Of a stretch of DNA of 64,000 nt, positions 29,963 through 40,380 are shown piece after piece. Position 1 is the stretch's first letter. Each line of letters opens with the position of its first letter. The stretch is from sequence record NC_070983.1, one strand, 5' to 3'. Below the pieces are notes generated by a model. It searched no databases. It was given only the letters and a program-made list of their open reading frames with translations, and was not told the DNA's origin. The position numbers and the translations under genes were made by a program. The stretch is from Escherichia phage IME267.

Positions 29963-30700
29963 TTATGATTTTTCAGATTCCATTGCTTTAACAATAGCTT
30001 TACAGAAACCTGAACGAACAATATCATCTGATTCGCCATCTACTAGAGCGGCAAATTCAAATAACTGGTGACGGTAGATGAAATCAGTAGCCCAATCAAG
30101 ACCGCTCTCACCACGCATGTCGTGCTGGTTAGTGTCCCCCATGCAGAACATCTGAGAGGTTTCACCAAGACGTGTCATGATTGAATATGCTTCATCAGGA
30201 GTAGTGTTCTGGAACTCATCAACAATCACGATAGCATCATTGAACGAGCGACCACGTAGATATTCCAGAGGTACGAACTCAATATTACCATTACCTACTT
30301 GACATTCGTAGAAACCTTTACCGTAGCGCTGAGTAATAACATCAACGATTGGCATTAGGTATGGTTCAAACTTCTCACGAAGCCCACCGGGAAGTAATCC
30401 AAGACTATTACCCATACCAACAGCAGGTCGGCTTAGGATAATCTTCTCAATCTTCCCACTCTTCAGAGCATCAATCACTGTAGAAGTGATTACGAAGGTC
30501 TTACCACAACCAGCAGGAGCATCTGTGAATACAACCTGTTTGGTTTTAATTGCATCAAGCAGCTCACTCTGGAATTGGTTCTGAGGTACTACCGGCTTAG
30601 CAAGAACTACTTCTTCAAATTCCCGCTTTCCTTTCTTGGTGACGAGAGCTTCACGACGTAATTCTCTCCGTGATGCTTTCCGAGATTCTCTACGACTCAT
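29963..30700 (-). CDS. phoH: PhoH-like ATPase
   Basis: Walker A …DAPAGCGKTFV… and conserved …ILSRPAVGMGNSLGLLPGGL…. Confidence 0.8.
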   Translation of the reverse strand: MSRRESRKASRRELRREALVTKKGKREFEEVVLAKPVVPQNQFQSELLDAIKTKQVVFTDAPAGCGKTFVITSTVIDALKSGKIEKIILSRPAVGMGNSLGLLPGGLREKFEPYLMPIVDVITQRYGKGFYECQVGNGNIEFVPLEYLRGRSFNDAIVIVDEFQNTTPDEAYSIMTRLGETSQMFCMGDTNQHDMRGESGLDWATDFIYRHQLFEFAALVDGESDDIVRSGFCKAIVKAMESEKS

Positions 30701-30878
30701 TTCCTACCTCCGTGTTCTTCATATAAGAAGCTACAGGATTTACACTCTGAGCAATGGATACCTATAACCTTAATTTCGACAAACTTCTTATTCTTCCCTT
30801 TAGTCGGGGAGCCTTTGGCAAGCTCCCGTATTACTTTCGAGTCCAAATGGAGAAGAGTTGATTCACATTTAAAACATT

Positions 30879-31199
30879 TCAGATTGATTTGTCCTTATGT
30901 AAACGGTATACTTCAGTAGCCATACAAGCTATACGCTCGTCATGTGGGAGATGCATACCAGTAGAGCCGTTCCATCCTTCGAACTCTGAATCAAAGAATC
31001 CAATAGGCTCGGGATACATCTCTTGCAAGGTGGTTAAGTCATCAGCCACTTGTTGCCACTTATCGTCAGACCAGATTGGGTCATCCAACCAATAATACAA
31101 ATAGGAGTGGATAAGCATCTGTGTTCTATGTCGTTTAATCACTTCAGCAGGACTGATTTCATTTCCGTTACCAGTCCTAAATGTATTATTGTTGATCAT
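30879..31199 (-). CDS. Hypothetical protein, weak resemblance to NAD-dependent ligase domain Ia
   Basis: …LIHSYLYYWLDDPIWSDDKWQQVADDL…MYPEP… pattern; tentative. Confidence 0.2.
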   Translation of the reverse strand: MINNNTFRTGNGNEISPAEVIKRHRTQMLIHSYLYYWLDDPIWSDDKWQQVADDLTTLQEMYPEPIGFFDSEFEGWNGSTGMHLPHDERIACMATEVYRLHKDKSI

Positions 31200-31675
31200 T
31201 CCAAAACCCTTTCTTCTAAATCATAAAAGATTTGATTTGTCCCATTATTCTCAACAAGCGCTGTTCCATTATCTAGCAGGGTAGCAACTTGGGAATAAGG
31301 AATGTTCTTTAACATCAGAGCATTAATGGTCGGCTTGTTTTTGAAGTAAGCGACAGGCTCAACATAGAAGGAAATCCCACGACTTCCTTTAATTGGGGTG
31401 CTTGAAGATAGAACCCAAATTGTTTCTGGCTTGTCTATTTCCTTTTCAACACCAACCTCAACAAGAGAGTCAGCAGCGAAACCTACAGGACGCCTAGAAG
31501 AACCAAGCAACCGAACATATCCCGGTAATTTTGACATATTAGACCAACTACCAGTGTTTTCATTAAACACAGGTCTTACATCACCATATGCCCAAACCAG
31601 ATTATCATAGTCACGGGCTATGTATTTAACCCAATCAGGAACATCATACTCCCTTCCTTCAAAAATAGCTTTCAT
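31196..31675 (-). CDS. Hypothetical protein
   Basis: 159-aa ORF coupled to neighbours. Confidence 0.35.
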   Translation of the reverse strand: MKAIFEGREYDVPDWVKYIARDYDNLVWAYGDVRPVFNENTGSWSNMSKLPGYVRLLGSSRRPVGFAADSLVEVGVEKEIDKPETIWVLSSSTPIKGSRGISFYVEPVAYFKNKPTINALMLKNIPYSQVATLLDNGTALVENNGTNQIFYDLEERVLE

Positions 31676-31847
31676 TTAGATAACCTTGTGCTTATAGATG
31701 TTAGGGTTGTAGTAATGCAACCAGTTTATGTATTGCTTCTGTTCGAGGTAGTGCCTGCAATCATGACAAAAAGCATGACCCAAACCTGTTTCCTCGTTCA
31801 GCTTGAAATTGATAAGAAGCTTCTGCTTTCGACAGAAGCTACATGCT

Positions 31848-32498
31848 TTAGTGGGCTTCACGTAATGCATCCCAAGAGATTGGATATATTTTACGAAGCT
31901 CTTCATCAATGGTTGATGCGAACACTCGTACTTCGTACTGAGCATGGTCTGACAGTCGCTGACGACACAACTCTGACCAACCATATAGAGAACCGGTCCA
32001 TACCCACTCAGTGATCATACCCTGAGGTAATACGAATCGAGCTTGTTCTGGAGCAATAAACTTAATCAACTCATCATATGACTCAAGAGCTGTTTCATAT
32101 GCCCGATTAATCAGAACTAGTGCAGAGTTTTGCGCTCCTGTGGTGAGGAGATTCCCTGCACCTGCATGGAGGTCCGAAGGTCTTTCAAAAACCTCTTTAG
32201 GGATGAAGAGTTCAACTGCTCCATCTTTATACCTCCGGGACATTTCGTTCCACGAGAATCCAACTTGATGCTTGCCCAGCTGTCTCGCAATTGCGATTGG
32301 CGCTTTGCATCGGAAGCTAATTGTCGGATGGCGGAATGGTGTGACATGCTTTTCTCTGGCAAGGAACTTGATAAGGCGTTCATCTCGTTCATTTAACTCT
32401 CCTTCACGAGTAACCCCAAAGGAAACTCGAGCTGCATTAACAACAGATTTATCAGAACCCATTGCTTCAATTAGTGTTGCTTGTAATTGTTCGTTCAT
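31848..32498 (-). CDS. thyX: Flavin-dependent thymidylate synthase (ThyX family)
   Basis: …VVNAARVSFG…HVTPFRHP…KHQVGFSWNEMSRRY… matches ThyX conserved blocks. Confidence 0.75.
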   Translation of the reverse strand: MNEQLQATLIEAMGSDKSVVNAARVSFGVTREGELNERDERLIKFLAREKHVTPFRHPTISFRCKAPIAIARQLGKHQVGFSWNEMSRRYKDGAVELFIPKEVFERPSDLHAGAGNLLTTGAQNSALVLINRAYETALESYDELIKFIAPEQARFVLPQGMITEWVWTGSLYGWSELCRQRLSDHAQYEVRVFASTIDEELRKIYPISWDALREAH

Positions 32499-32512
32499 CC
32501 TTGAATTCTTCC

Positions 32513-32728
32513 TTAGTAATGAATCTTTTTATAAATCAGGTTGCTTCCACTTTCTGTTTCAATCCCTTTCTGGATTGTAATCTTAGAAGCACCGGTATTA
32601 GCAATTTTTAAAGCTCGTTTAAAGCGGCGAGCCTCTCTCCGTGTTGTGTATGAGGAGAAGCTAGGGATTGTACTATCAAAATTAAACCACTTAACTACCC
32701 AAAAAGTAATCCAAGGTTTCTTTTCCAT
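32513..32728 (-). CDS. Small protein, member of TRQEAR…GKVHY paralog family
   Basis: Shares W…TRREARRFK…I…Y-ending pattern with 34593..34808 and 34808..35020. Confidence 0.4.
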   Translation of the reverse strand: MEKKPWITFWVVKWFNFDSTIPSFSSYTTRREARRFKRALKIANTGASKITIQKGIETESGSNLIYKKIHY

Positions 32729-32729
32729 A

Positions 32730-33005
32730 TTAAATACCTTTCAGAGCTGTATCTAAAAACGCACGGAGGTTTGATTCAGTTTGCATACCGGACAAGCTGT
32801 AGTGAGCACCACTGTTCATGTTAGGAACCACAAAGGATGGGATACTGCGAACACCATATTCAATGGCTCGCTCTCGACCATCACCTTCAGAGATATTTAC
32901 TTCTTCAACTTCTACGTTGTAATCAGCTACAACTTTCTTAAACACAGGAGCCATAGCTGCACATGGAGCACATGAATTACTATAAAACTTAATTACTTTA
33001 CTCAT
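32730..33005 (-). CDS. Thioredoxin/glutaredoxin-like protein
   Basis: CAPC active-site motif and cis-Pro region …SIPSF…; start set to MSKVIKF with AAGGA RBS. Confidence 0.6.
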   Translation of the reverse strand: MSKVIKFYSNSCAPCAAMAPVFKKVVADYNVEVEEVNISEGDGRERAIEYGVRSIPSFVVPNMNSGAHYSLSGMQTESNLRAFLDTALKGI

Positions 33006-33195
33006 TCTATTCCTTGTTAATAAACAGGTTGATATGACGCTGGGTAGCAGGAACAACAATAAAAGATTTATACTGACCTTTTGCTAAGTCATGAGCAATC
33101 TTCTTTGTCTGACCAAGACCCATCACACAGCCACTAACGATAATGGCATGTGCTTGTAATTCTTCAGGTAGGTTTAGTTTCACTCTTTGGGTTCC

Positions 33196-33381
33196 TTATA
33201 GCATGCAAAGAATAATAACAAGAGGTAGTGTTATAGCAAAATGTACCAGAACAACACTACCTAGCTTGATAGCTTTAACATCCTCTTCTGCTGGGTTTTC
33301 TTTAATTGCTAAATTTCGAGCTTTATATATAACAGTACCAACTATTAACGACCACACGGCCCACACAATCAGTGAAATCAT
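33196..33381 (-). CDS. Small two-helix membrane protein (tandem paralog)
   Basis: Two hydrophobic segments; paralog of 33391..33612. Confidence 0.4.
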   Translation of the reverse strand: MISLIVWAVWSLIVGTVIYKARNLAIKENPAEEDVKAIKLGSVVLVHFAITLPLVIILCML

Positions 33382-33390
33382 ATCAAACCC

Positions 33391-33612
33391 TTATGCAGTC
33401 AACAGGTGGAGAAGGAAAGGAATAACAACAGAGAAAATTACCAGAGCAATGCTGCCATGTTTAATGGGTTTAGCGTCATTCGGGTTCTCTTTAAGCATCT
33501 GTTTCTGAGCTACATAAACGATACCGCCAACAAAAATTGCCCATACAGACCATACGATTGCTGAAAACATACTCATATCCTTATAAAGAAGTTCGCCCCA
33601 CCTCTTAAACAA
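33391..33612 (-). CDS. Small two-helix membrane protein (tandem paralog)
   Basis: Shared …IVWSVW…KENP…IK(L/H)GS…. Confidence 0.4.
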   Translation of the reverse strand: MFKRWGELLYKDMSMFSAIVWSVWAIFVGGIVYVAQKQMLKENPNDAKPIKHGSIALVIFSVVIPFLLHLLTA

Positions 33613-33633
33613 AGAGACAGGGCGGAGGTTTGA

Positions 33634-34209
33634 TTAGTAAGACACATCACCACTGGAGTGGGACATGTTGCTCTTGACGAAGTAACAGAACTTGCCAAGA
33701 CCTTCATTAATTTCTTGAAGCATACTCTGGTCCACTGGATAGGTGCACAAGTCTGAATCAAACTCATCCATCTTCTCAATGATACACATAAGAGTCATGC
33801 ACACGTCGGAAAGCATACCATCCATGTCGAGATCAGCGTTACCTTCTCGGAACCAAGCACGACCTAAATAATTACTAGCAGTAGCATCCACTTTAACACA
33901 ATGAAAGCGCATACGCTCTGCTATTCGGTCGCCTGCCTCACGAGCATAATCTTCTAGTTCATCGAACATACCATGAACACCTTGGAAACCGGCTCCAGAG
34001 ACGTTCCAGTGGTAGTTCTTTGCTTTGATGTGTAGAAGTTCAAGGTTAGCCTGCACACCGCAAAGAATGTGCTCTAGGCTGTTACTGCTAATCAGTTTAT
34101 TCATTCCCTCAAGACGAGAGATAGAAGAGTCAGCAGTAGAGAATGGGTTGCTAGAACCCACTCGTGTTAGTTCTGGTAAGTCGAAGACATTATTATGCAT
34201 TAGGTGCAT
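33634..34209 (-). CDS. Dps-like ferritin-superfamily protein
   Basis: …NYHWNVSGAGFQGVHGMFDELEDYAREAGDRIAERM… resembles the Dps ferroxidase-site region. Confidence 0.5.
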   Translation of the reverse strand: MHLMHNNVFDLPELTRVGSSNPFSTADSSISRLEGMNKLISSNSLEHILCGVQANLELLHIKAKNYHWNVSGAGFQGVHGMFDELEDYAREAGDRIAERMRFHCVKVDATASNYLGRAWFREGNADLDMDGMLSDVCMTLMCIIEKMDEFDSDLCTYPVDQSMLQEINEGLGKFCYFVKSNMSHSSGDVSY

Positions 34210-34592
34210 CCCCTTCTAAGTTAGTTGAATTAGCTACGTTACGAGCAATGTTGTCCATGACCTGCTGGGTAATAACAATGCAATTCTGTGGGTCTACAGA
34301 CTTAGAACGCCCCATTTCAGGGTCATAGACTTTGACTCGCTTGGCTGTTGAGCCAGTAACTTGCAACACTTTGAGAAGATAACCTTGGTTTCCAATAGAC
34401 CATGCAACAACATCACGATTCTTGATATAACGACCAAGCATATCACGATGATAGAACTGCTGCATAACTTTAGCTTTGCTAATCTCTTCAGATGGCGGGG
34501 CCACTTTACTCAAATCTAACATAACTCTCTCCTGTTTCATACAATATTCTTATACTGTATATACATTTGAGAGTTATCATATCTACTACCAA

Positions 34593-34808
34593 CTAGTAAT
34601 AAACTTTGCTGGATATGAATCCAGCACTGTTATGGATATTTTCAATCCAACGATGAATCTCCACCTTTTCAGCGATTCCTAAAGCTTTTGTAGCTTTTAT
34701 AGTTTTCTTAGCAAGACGAGCCTCTTGTCTTGTGTTGAATAATTGAATACAATCACCACCAAGAGCTTTGTTAGCCCATTTAGTACGAACTGCCCACAAT
34801 TTATCCAT
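34593..34808 (-). CDS. Small protein, TRQEAR…GKVYY paralog family
   Basis: …NTRQEARLAKK…SSKVYY. Confidence 0.4.
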   Translation of the reverse strand: MDKLWAVRTKWANKALGGDCIQLFNTRQEARLAKKTIKATKALGIAEKVEIHRWIENIHNSAGFISSKVYY

Positions 34809-35020
34809 TAGTAATGTACCTTTCCACTGATATAGAAACGACCTGATTTAAAGTCCTGAGCTTTATGAATAGTGATCTTGTCGATGGTGCTTTCACAGCT
34901 TAATAGGAACTTCTTATGAGCGCGAGCTTCTTGACGGGTGTTTCTAATACCCATTGACTCTGTACCACTGCTCCAGTGAATACGAACTACCCAACGTCTT
35001 TTCATTGTTCCAAACTCCAT
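34808..35020 (-). CDS. Small protein, TRQEAR…GKVHY paralog family
   Basis: …NTRQEARAHKK…SGKVHY. Confidence 0.4.
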   Translation of the reverse strand: MEFGTMKRRWVVRIHWSSGTESMGIRNTRQEARAHKKFLLSCESTIDKITIHKAQDFKSGRFYISGKVHY

Positions 35021-35216
35021 TATCTGTCAACCGATTTAGGGACAAACTGCATTACACAGACCTGACTACGAGGGAGATTTATTTCACAAGCGGCTCTTCT
35101 CGTCTCAATCTTAACGCTAGAATCTGGACCAACGTTAGATATAAATACTCCCATAGCAAATGCCCCAACTACAAAACCAATAGCTAAGTAAGTAGCTTTT
35201 TCCTCTTTCATCTTGG

Positions 35217-35750
35217 TTATACACCCTTAGATGCAACTACACCATTACTGCCGTTGTATCGACCCTTCACTGCATAAGAGTCATCACCAGCGTGAGAGTG
35301 TTCGAACATAACCATTTGACCAACACGCATCCCAGCACGAACTCGTAAGCTATGATTATGGGTAACGTTATGAAATTCAAAGGTTAGTTTACTGCTGTTA
35401 AACCCTGCATCAGCCCAACCAGCATGGAGGTGGTTTAAACCACAACGAGCCATTGAGGAGCGAAGTACAAACAGGCTTGAGATGTTATCTGGAAGGTTAA
35501 ACTCTTCCATTGAGTGCGCTAAGAAGAATTGCCCCGGAGTGATAACAATACCATCTTCAGGGATTTTTACTTCTTTCCACTTGAGGTTTTCTTTAGCATC
35601 AATGTCAACAATTCCGTCAGCCTGTTCTTCAACAAGGATAGTATCACCAATACGGATATCCACGCTAGCAGCGTTAACATATTTATGCTCCGCATCTAAA
35701 AAGCCATTATCAATAACGCTGTGTAATTCTTGAGAACCTAAAAGACTCAT
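35217..35750 (-). CDS. dcd: dCTP deaminase (dUTPase superfamily)
   Basis: …GLNHLHAGWADAGFNSSKLTFEFHN…GMRVGQMVMFEH… conserved core. Confidence 0.75.
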   Translation of the reverse strand: MSLLGSQELHSVIDNGFLDAEHKYVNAASVDIRIGDTILVEEQADGIVDIDAKENLKWKEVKIPEDGIVITPGQFFLAHSMEEFNLPDNISSLFVLRSSMARCGLNHLHAGWADAGFNSSKLTFEFHNVTHNHSLRVRAGMRVGQMVMFEHSHAGDDSYAVKGRYNGSNGVVASKGV

Positions 35751-37198
35751 GAGTTTCTGTCTCCTTGTACAGATGATGCCAAATTATTAATCATGTTACG
35801 AGCTGTTTCACGAGATAATGTAACACCTGCTAAGTTGTTATGAAGCTCACCAGATAGCTCACGAGCAGCAGCTCGAAGTTCTGTACCAAGTGTAGTATCG
35901 GAGTGAGCCAAACCATTACGACGACTATAAGGTCGAGGAGCTTCGTTAGCGTCATTAGCCAATGATGCAAAACCAATATGAGCAGCTTCACGAGCCGCTA
36001 TAGTTGACACTCGATCTTCCGTAGGGGTTGGCAAATCACCAACTTCTACACGTTCTATATCACCAGCACGTAGACCCTGAACGACTGAGCTTACTGTTTC
36101 CCATGAACGACGAGAACGCTGTAAATCACCCATTGACGGAGAAGGAATAGGACGAGCAGTTCCTCCTTGGACATGCCATGTACGAGTATCCATTCCAGAA
36201 GAGCGTGCACTACCAAAACTGCCAGTGAAAGTGTCACGAGGTGCCATTGTAGGAGGAACTGCGAATCTTTCCTGTTGCCAAGAATCGCGTCTGTTAGTTC
36301 CCGGAGTCCAAGGCTGCGTGATTGCTTCAGCACCTATAGTGGTTAATCCGCTAGACCATTCTGTCTGTAGGTTAACTTCCTCGTCCAGATAACTACGACC
36401 CCTTTCCTGAGGAATGTTTAATATAGTTTCCATCATCTTCAGGGTATAATGACGACGCTGATTCTGATATAAATTTACACCAGCCATAGGTCCAACTAAA
36501 TCACTAATCAGGTGAACTTCTGGCTCACCGAAAGCTCCCATTGCAAGGTGCATATATTCGATAGAACTGCTATAAACTGCAACAGTTGCTTCAGGCCACT
36601 TTTTGTGAACATACTTCATTTCACGACTAGATACCACAGGAATGTCACGAGTGTATGACATTGCAAACAAACCTTCGTTTGACACATACATGTCATCAAG
36701 AGACATGAACCCCTGACAGATCATAGGAAAGCGACGGCTTAAAGTATCCATATCCAAAGGTAGATTAATCATCATCTGGATTTTAACTTGATCAATCTCA
36801 ATTTCCAGAATCTCTTGGAAAGTGAAAAGTGATTCAGTATAGGTTGTTCCACTGATAGGCTGAACTAGTCGAGATGTGACTTGAAGTCCTTTACTCTCTG
36901 TCCAAGACAAGAAGTTGTCAAGGAACAGTGCAGCATTACTTACGTTAGCAGGGCTGTTTTCCTGACGAGTGTTCCAACGAAACCCTCCTTGAACTAGGAA
37001 GATATCAACATCATTCGGAGTTCTATTTTGAAAGAACGTATCACGGATAGCACCACCTGCAATAACAGGGTAGATACCATCAGGAACTACGTTATCTCTG
37101 ATCAGGTTACGAATCAGGTCAAGCCCTACACTGAGGGCTTCTCCTTCTTGAAGGTTTAATTCAGACAATGGAATCTTAATCATTTCTACATTTTCCAA
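35747..37198 (-). CDS. Pol-beta-superfamily nucleotidyltransferase (CCA-adding/poly(A)-polymerase-like head) with low-complexity C-terminal half
   Basis: …[24 protein letters not shown]… fits the GGxVRD…DxD head-domain signature. Confidence 0.45.
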   Translation of the reverse strand: MENVEMIKIPLSELNLQEGEALSVGLDLIRNLIRDNVVPDGIYPVIAGGAIRDTFFQNRTPNDVDIFLVQGGFRWNTRQENSPANVSNAALFLDNFLSWTESKGLQVTSRLVQPISGTTYTESLFTFQEILEIEIDQVKIQMMINLPLDMDTLSRRFPMICQGFMSLDDMYVSNEGLFAMSYTRDIPVVSSREMKYVHKKWPEATVAVYSSSIEYMHLAMGAFGEPEVHLISDLVGPMAGVNLYQNQRRHYTLKMMETILNIPQERGRSYLDEEVNLQTEWSSGLTTIGAEAITQPWTPGTNRRDSWQQERFAVPPTMAPRDTFTGSFGSARSSGMDTRTWHVQGGTARPIPSPSMGDLQRSRRSWETVSSVVQGLRAGDIERVEVGDLPTPTEDRVSTIAAREAAHIGFASLANDANEAPRPYSRRNGLAHSDTTLGTELRAAARELSGELHNNLAGVTLSRETARNMINNLASSVQGDRNS

Positions 37199-37734
37199 TT
37201 TAGAGATGGGGGATTCTTATAATCAAATCCAGCCATTTGACAAAGACACATGTAAACTTTAACTGTCAAGTTAACGTCTTGCTCACAATAGGTGAACATG
37301 TCTTCAGTGAATGCGTCCCATGCCTCCTCCTGTTCTCCATAATCTCCTTTCAGCTCCCCAAGAAACTCGCCCCATTGTTTGAGGCCGTGACCACGAGGGC
37401 CATGTCTAGGGTCGCCTTTGGGGTATTCTGGACTATCACCAATACGGTCAGGCTTGAGATATCTACTCAGGCACAAAGTATCGAAGACGTTAAAGCGAAA
37501 AGGTATCACATGAGAATAAAACTTAAACAAAGCAGGAAGGTCAAAATCAATAATATTGTGACCTATTACTACATCAGCTTCTTTCAGTTTGTGTAGTGCT
37601 TCTTCAATTTGGTGAGGGCGATACCCCCACCGCTCTCCAGATAATACATCAAATATCCAGATACACCAGACATTCTGAATACCATCATAGAGATTATCCC
37701 CCTCGATATCAAACGCATACAGTTTCTTTACCAC
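37186..37734 (-). CDS. Stand-alone 3'-5' exonuclease (DEDDy/DnaQ-like)
   Basis: Exo I …FDIEGD…, Exo II …[12 protein letters not shown]…, Exo III …YCEQDV…. Confidence 0.65.
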   Translation of the reverse strand: MVKKLYAFDIEGDNLYDGIQNVWCIWIFDVLSGERWGYRPHQIEEALHKLKEADVVIGHNIIDFDLPALFKFYSHVIPFRFNVFDTLCLSRYLKPDRIGDSPEYPKGDPRHGPRGHGLKQWGEFLGELKGDYGEQEEAWDAFTEDMFTYCEQDVNLTVKVYMCLCQMAGFDYKNPPSLNWKM

Positions 37735-39518
37735 GGACGTGCCTCCCCTTCTTGTGCAAGTAAGGAAGCTGCATCCTCTCCATTGGTAACGGTAAAAGGA
37801 TGCTCTTCATCAACTTCATGATCTTCTCGTTCTACAAGACGACCTGTTTCATTGATGTATTTGGTATAGCAAACCCCTGTCTGTCCATAGTTACGCTCTT
37901 TGAGCAGTCGTATGATTGACAAGTTTTTACCTAACCCATCCGCTTGTTTGTTACGTTCAAAACCAATAATACACTGACACCAGCGCATCAATGAACGTGA
38001 ACCAGTAAACTGTACTTCTTTAACCTGACCACCTTCTTCGTGGGGTGCACCACCTGCCGGAGCGTTCAAGTGAGATAATACAAAAGCAGTGAAGTCTAAT
38101 TCCTTACACATACCAGCAAGCTCTGAAGCAATCTTGCTGATTTCTGTGTTTACCTCAGATGGGGTTAAGTGAGATACCAATGCAGTGATGTTATCAAGAA
38201 TGATAAATTTACACTGATTCTCAACTACCCAAAAGCGAATACACTGCTTAATGTCTTCCCACTCGTTCTGCCCAAAGTTGTCATACAAGAAAAACTTATC
38301 AGCGTATCGAAGTGCTTCATCTCGTAGCTGGCTTTCTTCGTACTCAACATCCGGTCGGTGGAATGGAATAGATGCAGATTTACCTGCAATGTTCTTAACA
38401 GACATGCCTACCTTCTCTTCCAAGAAGAAGCCACCACCATTAAAACCATGCTCAAGGCAAAGCCATGCTACTAGTTCGTGTGCGATTAAGGTTTTACCTG
38501 AACCAACACCACCGCCGATTGCAACCATCTCTCCCCAACGAATACCAAAGGTCATGTCGTTAAGAGTTTTCCACGGATAAGGAATACCCCATTCCGCTTT
38601 CTTCAGAGCATCTTCGAGGCAATCAAAAACTGTAACAGCTCCAGCAGGAGATTCCCGCTTAGCTGAATATTTCAGATTGTTGAAAAGCTCTTGACCTCTC
38701 CCTGCAAGTAACATGTCGTTTGCATCTTTGATTTCCTTTTCTTGTCCGTTATAAGTGAACGTACCTTTTGGAATCCTTGCAAACTTAACATGCGGGTACA
38801 GAGAACGACCCTTAGTTAAAGCAATCTCACCTGCATCATCATTGTCCATGCAGAGTACAATCTCCTCGAAACCATTAATAAAATCACGGTTTCTTGATAA
38901 TACAGAAGAGATTGAACCTGCACCGAACGGAAGAGAGACGCAAGCAGGTTTGATGTTAGTTGCGTTTGTAAACGCGGTAAGTACGTGGAACCCAGACATA
39001 CAAGAGAGAGGATCTTCAAAGATGAAGAGTTTCTTGTTGTATACGTCACCACGTTGTGCTTGAGCCATACCAAACAAGTCGGCTTCTTTCACATTACCTA
39101 CATAATAGAACTTCTTGCTGTCTAGAAGTTTTACTTCATATCCAACAATGTTCCCATCACGTTCACGAGGGAAGAAGTAGCTGTCAGGAGTTTGACCATC
39201 TGTTTGGCTTAAACCGATACGGCATCCATAACGTTCAGATACAGCTTTAGGAATTAAGCGACGAGTCAACTCTCCCTGAGGAAGCTCTAAGCAATCGTCT
39301 AGGACTTCTCGGAGTTCTTCAGGGGACAGCTCTTTCTTTTCATTAGGAGTGGGCGTCGTTCCTTTCTCGAAGATTTCATACGCACCACATCTGTTACATG
39401 AACCCCACTCCTCACCGGACTCTTCATTTCGGAAGAGAATCATGTGATTGCGGGTCTTATCACGACCATGAGAGATACACTCTTTACAGCCAGTGTCTCC
39501 CAAAATGATCTTTGACAT
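37728..39518 (-). CDS. Primase-helicase (Zn-ribbon + TOPRIM + DnaB-like helicase)
   Basis: N-terminal CxxC…CxxC, TOPRIM …CMDNDDAGE…, Walker A …GGGVGSGKT…. Confidence 0.85.
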   Translation of the reverse strand: MSKIILGDTGCKECISHGRDKTRNHMILFRNEESGEEWGSCNRCGAYEIFEKGTTPTPNEKKELSPEELREVLDDCLELPQGELTRRLIPKAVSERYGCRIGLSQTDGQTPDSYFFPRERDGNIVGYEVKLLDSKKFYYVGNVKEADLFGMAQAQRGDVYNKKLFIFEDPLSCMSGFHVLTAFTNATNIKPACVSLPFGAGSISSVLSRNRDFINGFEEIVLCMDNDDAGEIALTKGRSLYPHVKFARIPKGTFTYNGQEKEIKDANDMLLAGRGQELFNNLKYSAKRESPAGAVTVFDCLEDALKKAEWGIPYPWKTLNDMTFGIRWGEMVAIGGGVGSGKTLIAHELVAWLCLEHGFNGGGFFLEEKVGMSVKNIAGKSASIPFHRPDVEYEESQLRDEALRYADKFFLYDNFGQNEWEDIKQCIRFWVVENQCKFIILDNITALVSHLTPSEVNTEISKIASELAGMCKELDFTAFVLSHLNAPAGGAPHEEGGQVKEVQFTGSRSLMRWCQCIIGFERNKQADGLGKNLSIIRLLKERNYGQTGVCYTKYINETGRLVEREDHEVDEEHPFTVTNGEDAASLLAQEGEARPW

Positions 39519-39746
39519 GCTCTATCCTCCTTGGAATTCCTTGAGCAATCTTCTTAGTAAAACGATCGTATTTCTTCCCACACATCATCTTGCAAGTTTC
39601 TAAAACCCTGCAAGGTTTGCTTTGTTCTGTGAATAAATTCTTCAGAGTGCTTATCAGGTGTGAGCATACTGACAAACTTTTCATAGCGATTAATCTTCCA
39701 CCGCATCTTCAAGTAGTCAGATTCCAGCTTTCTTAACTTCTGCCTG

Positions 39747-40178
39747 TCAGTTACTGTCATCCTTCTCACCTGCCAGATATGCTGTCCAGTCACCAGATTC
39801 AACCAGAACATCTTGTTCTTCGTCGATGTGATAAATCCACGCTTCCACAGTTTCACCGCTGTCTAATAATACTGGAATCAGTGTACGCTTGTAAAAGGTG
39901 TATGGGTTATCATTACCACGATGACCTTCCAGACCGTCATATGGACCTTCCAGACCAGCTTGGGTTGTTTCAAAGACTTCTACACGAACAGGCTTACCAT
40001 TGCTGTCATGCTCCAAAGATACACTTGGGAAGTATGCTGTGCAATACTGATACAGGTTACAGTTGTTTACTGTCCACCCTTCACCAATAGACACACCACC
40101 TGCACGAGCATTGATAGCGTGGTTGTGTTGACCTTTACGAAGAGAACCATACGTTGCAACTAATACTTTATCAGACAT
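39747..40178 (-). CDS. Gamma-glutamyl cyclotransferase-like protein (AIG2/GGCT fold)
   Basis: N-terminal …VLVATYGSLRKGQHNH… is the canonical YGSL motif region. Confidence 0.6.
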   Translation of the reverse strand: MSDKVLVATYGSLRKGQHNHAINARAGGVSIGEGWTVNNCNLYQYCTAYFPSVSLEHDSNGKPVRVEVFETTQAGLEGPYDGLEGHRGNDNPYTFYKRTLIPVLLDSGETVEAWIYHIDEEQDVLVESGDWTAYLAGEKDDSN

Positions 40179-40182
40179 TACA

Positions 40183-40380
40183 TTACCTTTTGTTTAAAAT
40201 TTCTTTTGTACAAGAAGTCCCGTTACACACGAGAACTGTTTGAGTTATAGAATCGACAACTGTTACATGGCTGCCGCATTGAGTTATGATTTGACCTCTC
40301 CCTGAATCTTTAGAGATGCATTCATCAGCGGCGATCGCTGACACACTGAATAAGGAGAGTAAAAATAGAATCTTTTTCAT
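40183..40380 (-). CDS. Small secreted Cys-rich protein
   Basis: Signal peptide MKKILFLLSLFSVSAIA, then 5 Cys in 48 residues. Confidence 0.4.
   Translation of the reverse strand: MKKILFLLSLFSVSAIAADECISKDSGRGQIITQCGSHVTVVDSITQTVLVCNGTSCTKEILNKR

Noticed and set aside
30701-30878. Hairpin GGGAGC…GCTCCC in the intergenic region upstream of phoH as a terminator
   Set aside because: No U tract follows on either strand; more likely a promoter or leader structure, not annotated.
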